The translations under genes and the position numbers were made by a program. This document shows, in pieces, positions 16,225 through 23,300 of a stretch of DNA of 41,475 nucleotides. This DNA is from a virus. How positions within the stretch are numbered: the stretch's first letter is position 1; every line of letters begins with the position of its first letter. The stretch is taken from the IMG/VR virus record IMGVR_UViG_3300001682_000073, positions 1 to 41,475 of that record; one strand, given 5' to 3'. The notes under the pieces were generated by a model, which worked only from the letters and a program-made list of their open reading frames with translations, was not told the DNA's origin and made no database searches.

Positions 16225-16899
16225 TTAGACGGTTACTAATACTTGATTAAGCACTTTTCTTAAGTAGTCAACTCCCTTTGCTGTTACATACGTCTGTGCA
16301 TAATTGATTGTCGTTTCGCCCATTGTGATGGGCTTTTCCTTGACCTCGAAATAGCCACGGTCGATATACTCTTGATATGGCGTGTTGTTATTGCGCATGA
16401 TTTTCTTTTCCCTGAGAAGTGCAAACAGTCTGTTCCTGCCATAGCCGAGGCATTTAGCAACATCGTTCATAGTCTGGAGGTTTGAACCGTCCATGAAGGT
16501 GTCGTAGGCCTGGGCTTTGGGGAGTAATTTTTGACGTTCTTCCTCCAGATCGGCGGCGAGCCTGAGGGCTTCGGCGAAGGTCTTTGGAACTTTGTATTTG
16601 CTGATTTGCTGTTCAGCTTTCATAGCAAGCTCGATCAGTTTCGCTCTTGTTACCGCATCATATCTGGCTGCCAGTTGAAGCACACCCTCTTTGGACAAGA
16701 TGTAGTACGGGATTTTTCTGCCAGTAGGATCTGTTCTTTCACTCAACGCAAATTTGCGTTCAGTGCCGATGTTTGATTTTTGGAGTTTTTCGGATTCATC
16801 ACGAATATCTCGAAGAATGTCTGCGTGACGCTTGCCTGTGATCTCGGCGATCTGCATTGACGTGATTGACTGATTAATGGTCATTATTTCAGTCGTCAT
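16225..16899 (-). CDS. Phage antirepressor: Rha-type N-terminal domain plus KilA-C/ANT C-terminal domain
   Basis: MQIAEITGKRHADILRDIR (pRha-like) and LQTMNDVAKCLGYGRNRLFALLREKKIM...YIDRGYFEVKE (KilAC-like). Confidence 0.75.
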   Translation of the reverse strand: MTTEIMTINQSITSMQIAEITGKRHADILRDIRDESEKLQKSNIGTERKFALSERTDPTGRKIPYYILSKEGVLQLAARYDAVTRAKLIELAMKAEQQISKYKVPKTFAEALRLAADLEEERQKLLPKAQAYDTFMDGSNLQTMNDVAKCLGYGRNRLFALLREKKIMRNNNTPYQEYIDRGYFEVKEKPITMGETTINYAQTYVTAKGVDYLRKVLNQVLVTV

Positions 16900-16911
16900 A
16901 TGTACCCTCCT

Positions 16912-17169
16912 CTATGCGCTTTTGTGCTTTAAAAATTGCAGATTATGCAATCTTGGTTCAAAAAAAATATCCATGTTTGAAGTGTTTAAGAGGTTGCAGA
17001 TCTTAATCATTTCTTTGAGTGTGAAATCCGAACGTCCGTGCAACTTCTCGTTTAAAGCCTGTTGTGTAATCCCAAGCGCATAAGCAAAGCTTTTTAGATT
17101 GTACCCATTAGCAGTTATTTCGCCACGCAACTTAAGGAACATCTTTTCTTTGGTCGCAATATTACCCAT
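16912..17169 (-). CDS. Cro-like XRE-family HTH regulator (first gene of the leftward early operon)
   Basis: HTH YNLKSFAYALGITQQALNEKLHG. AAGGAGGATAG RBS, directly downstream of a strong promoter. Confidence 0.65.
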   Translation of the reverse strand: MGNIATKEKMFLKLRGEITANGYNLKSFAYALGITQQALNEKLHGRSDFTLKEMIKICNLLNTSNMDIFFEPRLHNLQFLKHKSA

Positions 17170-17228
17170 TCGTTCTATCCTCCTTATTAGTTAAGTTAAA
17201 ATTGTATAAAATGCAATTCTTTAATTAT

Positions 17229-17256
17229 ATTCTATCACCATTAAAATTTATGTCAA
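17229..17256 (-). promoter_or_regulatory. Leftward early promoter (TTGACA, 16-nt spacer, TAGAAT with upstream TG)
   Basis: Minus strand reads TTGACAtaaattttaatggTGaTAGAAT, ~60 nt upstream of the ATG at 17169. Confidence 0.65.
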
Positions 17257-17298
17257 TGTATTTTTCTCAATTTTAATTAGGAAATTATTAAATAAATA

Positions 17299-17327
17299 TT
17301 GAATTTTCTGCAATCACCGTATATAAT
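17299..17327 (+). promoter_or_regulatory. Rightward promoter (TTGAAT, 17-nt spacer, TATAAT), divergent from the early promoter
   Basis: Exact spacing counted. Followed by a GGAGGTAGG RBS and the ATG at 17351. Confidence 0.65.
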
Positions 17328-17350
17328 ATTAAACTGTGGAGGTAGGTAAT

Positions 17351-17515
17351 ATGGATATCGAAAGAATATTAAGAAACGCAACCGAAAGGCTGGCTGAAAT
17401 AAGGACATCGTCAGGTCTCAACCAAAAGCAATTTGCTGAATTGTTTGGCGTAGAGCCGTCTACTTATAACAGATATGAAAATGGTGGTATTGGCAATATG
17501 CCAAGAGACTTCTAA
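17351..17515 (+). CDS. 54-aa XRE/CI-like HTH ORF, apparently 3'-truncated (ends inside tRNA-like sequence)
   Basis: LAEIRTSSGLNQKQFAELFGVEPSTYNRYENG covers HTH helices 1-4. The ORF stops at the TAA of a tRNA anticodon-loop-like CTTCTAA, and the last helix and any C-terminal domain are missing. Confidence 0.5.
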   Translation: MDIERILRNATERLAEIRTSSGLNQKQFAELFGVEPSTYNRYENGGIGNMPRDF

Positions 17516-17553
17516 TCCGTCGGTCGGGTGTTCGAATCATCTCTGGCACGCCA
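17507..17553 (+). other. tRNA-Arg(TCT)-like 3' fragment (anticodon loop to CCA); putative attP core remnant
   Basis: CTTCTAA loop, T-arm GGGTG-TTCGAAT-CATCT, acceptor 3' strand CTGGCAC, then G and CCA. No matching 5' acceptor or D-arm lies upstream, so it is not a functional tRNA. Confidence 0.55.
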
Positions 17554-17559
17554 CTTTCA

Positions 17560-17600
17560 GAGGTCGTGAGGTCGAAAAAACCTCACAAAAACCTCACAAA
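17560..17600. repeat. Short direct/inverted repeats next to the attP-like core (2x GAGGTCG, 2x CCTCACAAAAA with 11-nt period)
   Basis: GAGGTCGTGAGGTCGaaaaaaCCTCACaaaaaCCTCAC. GTGAGG is complementary to CCTCAC. These are possible arm-type sites. Confidence 0.4.
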
Positions 17601-17605
17601 AATTT

Positions 17606-17631
17606 AAGCCAGGTTAAAAACCTGGCTTTTT
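17606..17631. terminator. Bidirectional intrinsic terminator
   Basis: AAGCCAGGTT-aaaa-AACCTGGCTT followed by TTTTT. It abuts the stop of the minus-strand gene at 17631. Confidence 0.7.
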
Positions 17632-17843
17632 CATTTCCATTTAAATAGAGTTTCCGGGGATAGATTAAATTTTTGGATCAAGAGAATGCAATCATACAAA
17701 GTCAGTGCCTCGGGATGTTGTTCTTTTTCCTGATACTTCTCTACGGTCGTATTCATTATTGCTGCCATTTCGTTTTCTTGTAGCCCATATTGCTTTCTCA
17801 GTTGCCCAATGCTGAAACACGAATGTCCACCAGTGCACCCCAT
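17631..17843 (-). CDS. XRE-like HTH protein (70 aa from MGCTGG...)
   Basis: GGGAGTGAG RBS before the ATG at 17843. FSIGQLRKQYGLQENEMAAIMNTTVEKYQEKE resembles an HTH_3 domain. Confidence 0.5.
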   Translation of the reverse strand: MGCTGGHSCFSIGQLRKQYGLQENEMAAIMNTTVEKYQEKEQHPEALTLYDCILLIQKFNLSPETLFKWK

Positions 17844-18013
17844 TGTCTCACTCCCTTTATAAGCTGCTGGATAATATTTACCCATTTAACACTGGAATAA
17901 AGGTTTGTAACAAAATCTTAACATGGCGTATTTCGCCCTAAATTATGGCATTCATCGGATTTTCTAAGCGGATTGTGCTACTATTTTCCTAAAAACATTA
18001 GGGTGATTTTACC

Positions 18014-18223
18014 ATGATAAGACTTCATCTATCAAGACTATTAGGGGATAGGAAAATGAGTATATTAGAGCTTCACAGGCGTACAGGAATAAGATATAAA
18101 ACGCTGACTGAATATTATCACGAAATGGCTTTAAGTATTAAATTCGAACACATCGACAAGATTTGTGAAGTTCTTGGCTGTACCGTTGGTGAATTGATAG
18201 AATATATTCCTAAAAAGAATTGA
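18014..18223 (+). CDS. XRE-family HTH regulator, 69 aa
   Basis: LSRLLGDRKMSILELHRRTGIRYKTLTEYYH...ICEVLGCTVGELIEY is a typical Cro/CI-type HTH. AGGGTGA RBS. Confidence 0.7.
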   Translation: MIRLHLSRLLGDRKMSILELHRRTGIRYKTLTEYYHEMALSIKFEHIDKICEVLGCTVGELIEYIPKKN

Positions 18224-18256
18224 CCGTCTGTTTTCGTTGTTATATAATTCCAGTGG

Positions 18257-18436
18257 GTGATAGGATTGCAAAAAAAACGAGATGATTTTGCTTCATCGAT
18301 ATCTTTGGCAACATTTATTATTTCTCTTATTGTATGTATGGTGATAATAAAAGAACGATACAACCTTACTTTTTCGATGATTATTTCTTTATCACTAGCT
18401 TTATTGACAGATAAATGTTTGTCAAAGAAGGAGTAA
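18257..18436 (+). CDS. Possible 59-aa two-TM membrane peptide (GTG/TTG start, weak RBS)
   Basis: Hand translation gives ...ISLATFIISLIVCMVII...LTFSMIISLSLALLT.... Its stop overlaps the RBS of the next gene. Confidence 0.25.
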   Translation: MIGLQKKRDDFASSISLATFIISLIVCMVIIKERYNLTFSMIISLSLALLTDKCLSKKE

Positions 18437-18437
18437 T

Positions 18438-18578
18438 ATGGCTGAATTCTGCCTTGAATGCTATAATAAACTCCATAAATCCAACCTTAAGAAGTCAGAT
18501 GTGAAATTATGCCCTGATCTATGCGAGGGCTGCGGAAAAATTAAAAAGACTATTGTATATATTAAAAGGAACCGTTAA
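18438..18578 (+). CDS. 46-aa zinc-ribbon protein (CLEC...CEGC); not in the ORF track
   Basis: AAGGAG RBS 5 nt before the ATG, followed by a terminator. Confidence 0.5.
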   Translation: MAEFCLECYNKLHKSNLKKSDVKLCPDLCEGCGKIKKTIVYIKRNR

Positions 18579-18590
18579 GGCTCCTTTTTT
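18564..18590 (+). terminator. Intrinsic terminator after the plus-strand accessory genes
   Basis: AAAAGGAACC-gttaa-GGCTCCTTTT followed by TT. Confidence 0.6.
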
Positions 18591-18679
18591 ATATCTTCAT
18601 TTATTAAATCAACATGTAAACTATACTTTACATATTTCCTATATAAAATGCAAAGTATACTTGACATATGTTATATAAT

Positions 18680-18721
18680 AAAAATAAAAACCCCGCCCAC
18701 TTAGGACGGGGTTTCGTTTTT
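18680..18721. terminator. Strong bidirectional terminator at the end of the lysis cassette
   Basis: AACCCCG...CGGGGTT stem with T-runs on both strands. The holin stop codon lies in the loop. Confidence 0.7.
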
Positions 18722-18892
18722 ATCCTTCTTCGTAAAGAAGTATGTAATTATCGCACCGTAGGCCGTGCTGAACAGCGACAGTATTTCTTTGGGTGGATCA
18801 AACTTTCCCAAGAGCAAGGTTGCCAGTATAGCGGTCATGGTCAGGGTAACAATGGATTTAACGTCAATCAACTTAGCGATTTTCTCTTTCAT
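18701..18892 (-). CDS. Putative holin (63 aa, two TM segments, charged C-terminus)
   Basis: IVTLTMTAILATLLLG and LFSTAYGAIITYFF segments with a KKDKNETPS tail. It is adjacent to the endolysin. Confidence 0.65.
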   Translation of the reverse strand: MKEKIAKLIDVKSIVTLTMTAILATLLLGKFDPPKEILSLFSTAYGAIITYFFTKKDKNETPS

Positions 18893-18895
18893 ATC

Positions 18896-19996
18896 TTATG
18901 CTCCTTTCAAAATATCCTGTATAGCGTTTATCATGGCTTGAAGCCTGCCGATTTCTTTTTTTAAGGCTTCGTTTTTCTGTCTGAGTTGTTTCACCTTTTC
19001 GCTGTCGGTGTCGATCTTGATGGCTTTGATCTTCTCGTAGATGGCAAGGATAGACTGTCCGTATGTAGTTCCCGGATAAGCCCATTTCCCATTTAAGTCT
19101 GTCCATGTCGGTGCTGTGCCGATGTATCCGGCCTGTTTTGCCGCTTCATAGCGTGGGTCAACAAGCGGATTCTTGAATGTCGGGTTTTTAACCGCATAGG
19201 CTTTAAGATGCTGAATCTGCGCCCTGATGCCCGTTCGCCAGTCGGGGAATTTACAGCCGACAGGTTCACCGTTTACGATCTGGCCAGTTACACCAAGCCC
19301 GGCAGGATTGCACCATTCGATTTTAGCAAGGCCTGTAAAGCGGAAATAGTCTGTCTCGTGGATTGCCTGGCAAAAAGCTATATCTCCCCTGACACCTTCA
19401 GCTTTTCCTTCTTCCAGATAGATTTCTTCTATCCCCTGCGGAGCGTTTGGGTTTATTTCACGGAGAAATTTTCGCATTTGCTCTACTGTTAATTCTGATT
19501 CGCCCATTATGTATACTGATTCGTTCACGGCATTTATCATCTTTTCAAGCGGAAAATATCGTCCCGGGCAAGCTGTGGACTCCCATTTTTTATGTCCGGC
19601 TATGGTTTTGATGTTGGGTAATACGCTCTTAAGCCATTTCAGTAACCATACACCGGAATTAAATTGAGCATCAGGCATAGTTTTGTCTTTGTTGTCATAG
19701 TCGCCCTGAAATACGATGCTTAGCACTTTTTTATTTAAGTCGCCTGTCACGCCGCCGCCCTCATACTGGTATCCTCTTGTTTCCCATATGTCGCCATTCT
19801 TGTCTACCTCATACGCATAGGCATGACCTTTCCAACCTCTGCCGCCTTGTTCAACTGTTCTGCCGTGGTAGTCATGGATCTCTTTCACTCCCCATGTTGG
19901 ATGCGCTACGTGATGTATAGCGATTCCTTCGTATTTGGATATGTCGGCTGGGGTCAATGGTCTTACCCATGTCAAGTTTGCTTTCTTGATTTCCAT
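18896..19996 (-). CDS. Endolysin: N-acetylmuramoyl-L-alanine amidase (Amidase_2/PGRP-like) plus glucosaminidase-like domain plus C-terminal coiled coil
   Basis: GIAIHHVAHP...GW.GH.Y...HKKWESTACPG (amidase_2) and FCQAIHETDYFRF...NPAGLG (glucosaminidase-like). Confidence 0.8.
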   Translation of the reverse strand: MEIKKANLTWVRPLTPADISKYEGIAIHHVAHPTWGVKEIHDYHGRTVEQGGRGWKGHAYAYEVDKNGDIWETRGYQYEGGGVTGDLNKKVLSIVFQGDYDNKDKTMPDAQFNSGVWLLKWLKSVLPNIKTIAGHKKWESTACPGRYFPLEKMINAVNESVYIMGESELTVEQMRKFLREINPNAPQGIEEIYLEEGKAEGVRGDIAFCQAIHETDYFRFTGLAKIEWCNPAGLGVTGQIVNGEPVGCKFPDWRTGIRAQIQHLKAYAVKNPTFKNPLVDPRYEAAKQAGYIGTAPTWTDLNGKWAYPGTTYGQSILAIYEKIKAIKIDTDSEKVKQLRQKNEALKKEIGRLQAMINAIQDILKGA

Positions 19997-20005
19997 TACA
20001 TCACC

Positions 20006-20266
20006 TCATTTATTCTGGATGTACCAGATTAAAAAGCCCATTAAGGCCATAAAAATAGAGGCTATAAAGCCCCATATCGCCTTTGTTAGTCCGCTTATCG
20101 CCTTTGCTTGCTTTTCCAGGTTGTCGCATAAGTTATCAATCTGTGTTTTCTTTGACGCATCTGAGATCTTGAGTTCTTCGATATCCTCGTCGTGTTGTTC
20201 GAGCCATTTTTCATGGCGTTGGATAGCCTCTTTCATTGGCTGATGGATTATATCGCATTCACTCAT
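20006..20266 (-). CDS. xhlA: XhlA-like lysis-associated membrane protein
   Basis: N-terminal coiled coil (HEKWLEQHDEDIEELK) and a single C-terminal TM (IWGFIASIFMALMGFLIWYI). It lies upstream of the endolysin. Confidence 0.6.
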   Translation of the reverse strand: MSECDIIHQPMKEAIQRHEKWLEQHDEDIEELKISDASKKTQIDNLCDNLEKQAKAISGLTKAIWGFIASIFMALMGFLIWYIQNK

Positions 20267-20294
20267 GTTTGCACCCGCTTTCTGTGTAAACTAA

Positions 20295-20316
20295 GAGGGG
20301 CTTTATTTAGCCCCTC
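20295..20316 (-). terminator. Hairpin at the 3' end of the 1453-aa gene
   Basis: GAGGGGCT-aaataa-AGCCCCTC on the minus strand. The stop codon lies in the loop and the tail is moderately T-rich. Confidence 0.45.
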
Positions 20317-23300
20317 CGATAATGATTCCTTTTGCTTCGTCATAGTTACTTTCAACGATACTTTTTACCCTCTTAGCACGTTGTTCATCGGTTAATTCCT
20401 TATACTCGCTTGAAGTAAACAGTCGTGCAAGGTCATTGTAGTTTTTTTGCCCCATAATTCGGGCAAATTCGGTCTTTTGCTCTGGGGTAAGGGTATATGC
20501 CACCTTGTTCTTAGTAAAGTTGTTAGGGGCTGTTTTAGGCAAAATATCATTGTCGTTTACGGATTCGTACAGTCGTGCCATTTCGTTAGTGACAGGATCA
20601 TCACTTCTTGCCCTGAAATATCCTGGGCTAATAAATTGCTGTAAAGCGCCGCCCTGAGACTGTTCCTGCCCCCAAATGTTCAATGCCGGTTCAAGCGTTT
20701 GAGACAGTCCGGGTATTCTGGCCCTGATACCACGCCACCATTGACCGATTGAATTCGGGTCGTATGTGCTGCGCCTAACCGGGTCAATCGTCCTTGCTGT
20801 CTGTCCTAATACCGATGCAATAGCCTGTTCCAGATAGTCAATAGGAATACCCATTATCTTTTCTGTCGGGCTGCCGTAACTGCCAAGAATCTCCCTGATG
20901 TTCTGCAGCATGGTCATATTAAATATGGTGTCACCGCCTGCCGCTATGCCATCAATCACAGCCTGAATAATGGTGTCTCCGTCTTTGCGGTCACGGATTG
21001 CTTCTTGTGCCGCAATACCCATTGCAAACGGAATTGAGAACGGTTGCGCCCAATCGAATGTATAACTACCCAAAGGCGTATTGATTGCATATCTTTGGTC
21101 GCCAAGTTCTTGATACAAGGCTTCGGCTTTATCGCTTCTCTTGCGGTTTACCTTCGCCCAGCCAATCGAGCCGAGCCAGAAGCCTAACGCCCCGATAGCG
21201 GAACCAGTCAAACCTTTAGACAGGTCCTCAATTACCGTTGCGGCAGTTTTGCCTGCCTTAATGTCGTACAAGGCTTTAATGATCCCGCCGGGAGAATACT
21301 CAATACCTCGCATGACAATGTTTGCAGGCGTTTGAGTGAATGGGATTGCACCCTCAACGAAGAACCCGGCGACAGGTACATTTTTAGCCTTGTTTATGAA
21401 GTCAGCTAACATATTTGCTTGCTTAAATGTCGCTTCTAACGCCCTACGTTTTGCATACTCAATAGCTTCGGACGTTACTTCGGTCATGTTATTTGCCTGT
21501 AAATACTGCCCCAAAGCGTCCTTATAGGCTCTCTCTGTGAAAATATTATCTTCCAAGTTGAGAGACTTTAAACTGACTTCATTAAGCCATTGCAGGACGG
21601 GGTTTCTGAATATCTGCTTTTCTCGTCCCAATGATTTCAGGTTTCCGATTTCCCATCTGCTCTCGCCTAATATGTCTTTCTTAACGGTATTCCAGTTTTC
21701 GTTGACTTTGGCAACTATATCTTTGTTGAAGCTCCATCCGACGGATTGCGTTCTCTGTCCAGCAGGCACAAACGCCTTTTGAAGTGCTGCCCCAATAGTA
21801 TCAGCCGCTTTCCGCATACCCATCATAATGACGTTGCCACCGACGTTGCGGATATGAGTTTTCGGGTTTAGCAGCATAGCCATACGCCGCCATGCGTTAA
21901 ATTTCTCTATGCCGCTTGAATGTAATTCTTTAGATATTCTGTTCCCTATTTGTTCCCATACGCCGTCATATGCCTGTTGGTCGCCCTTCGGAATATTTTT
22001 TATTGCTTCAATTTCCTCAGATGTTAAATCAACGTCCTTCCACTTCTTGCCGTACTTCTTACGCCCTTGTTCATTGAGTTTCTTCAATTGCTTATCCATT
22101 GTCATAAGGAAGGTTTCGGGGTCAGCTTCACGCAAAATTTTAGCCGCCTGCGAGAATTGGCCGGCTTCGGTTAACTTCTCGGCAACGGAGGAAAGGATTT
22201 GTCGGGCTTTGCCTATGTCTCCCTGTTCGGCTGCCTGTTGAGCAAGCATCTTGGCAAGGGGTACGTCTGCGGGCCGGAACGAATTACTGGATATGGATTG
22301 ATAGAAGTCCGCTTCGGCTTCCGCCTGTCCCTTATTGAAGATTTCCTGAGCCTTTTCCAAGGTCTTTTGGTTACTCAACTGCTTGTAAACTTCGGGGTTT
22401 TCATCGAAACTTGCCCGAATATCTTCATTCATAGCCGCATCAGTACGGATGTTCTGTGAAAAGCCTCGTTCTCTCATGCCTTCGGGGATAGTACCCATTG
22501 GTTCTTCGCTGAATATTCTGGCTTGCTGTGGAGCTTCTGTTGTTGGAGCCGCCTGTTGCTGTGCCTGCTGGTTTTGTGTGGTTGGCTGGGTCTGTTGTTC
22601 AGTTTGAATGGGTGGATAACCACCTATAGGGGTAAATGCCTCCTTTGCATACTGAGGTTGCACTTTTGGCGGCTGAGATGATCGTAACACAGTAAACGGC
22701 GTTTCTCTGCGGTATTGCTCGGGCACGGTATGGATGATGTTTTGTTCCGCTGTCTCATAAATTTCTTTTGCTTTTTGTAATTTAGGATTTGTAAGTATCA
22801 AGTTACCTTCTACATCAAAGCTTTTCTTCCACCCTCTTGCTTCAAATGTTGGAATTGTAACCCGATTAAGCTGTGCTTTGTTTATTGCATATTGTTTGCT
22901 TAAATCCAAGTCAGCCTGAGTTATATCTCCCAACAAGTCTTTATTTATTGTTACCTTTTCAAGATTATGTCTTAAGGGTATCATGTTGTCCCTTGCATCT
23001 CTTGTACCAGCGTCAACAAGGTATTCCCCATTTTCAGGGTTAAAAACTTTCTTAGTATTCCGAACAAGTGGCACATTTTCATCAGAAAATTGTAGCATTA
23101 TACCCCTATTAGTTCCTTGTCCAAGTGCTAATTCTGGTGATTTCGTAACATATAGTTCATTAGGAAATGCGCCATAAGGAGCGTCGTATGCTATGCTATC
23201 TACATAGGCAAGAAGTCTATCGGGGCCTACTTCCCTATATAATTTATTAGGTTCGCTTGAAAAAGCAGTGTTAGGAAACCTTGGATGTACTGGTTCGTCA

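Noticed and set aside
17478-17553. A complete tRNA gene ending at the CCA at 17553
   Set aside because: The required 5' acceptor strand (GTGCCAG) and D-arm are absent upstream. The 5' anticodon-stem strand matches only 3 of 5 positions. Only the 3' part is tRNA-like, so I treat it as an attP-type fragment.
17560-17600. Possible mini-CRISPR array (repeated aacctcacaaaa)
   Set aside because: There are only two 11-12-nt units with no spacers of CRISPR size and no cas genes. They are short arm-type or hairpin repeats instead.
18661-18690. Plus-strand promoter from TTGACA at 18661 with a downstream TATAAT
   Set aside because: The spacer between the hexamers is only 7 nt, and the only thing downstream on the plus strand is the terminator, so this is unlikely to be functional.
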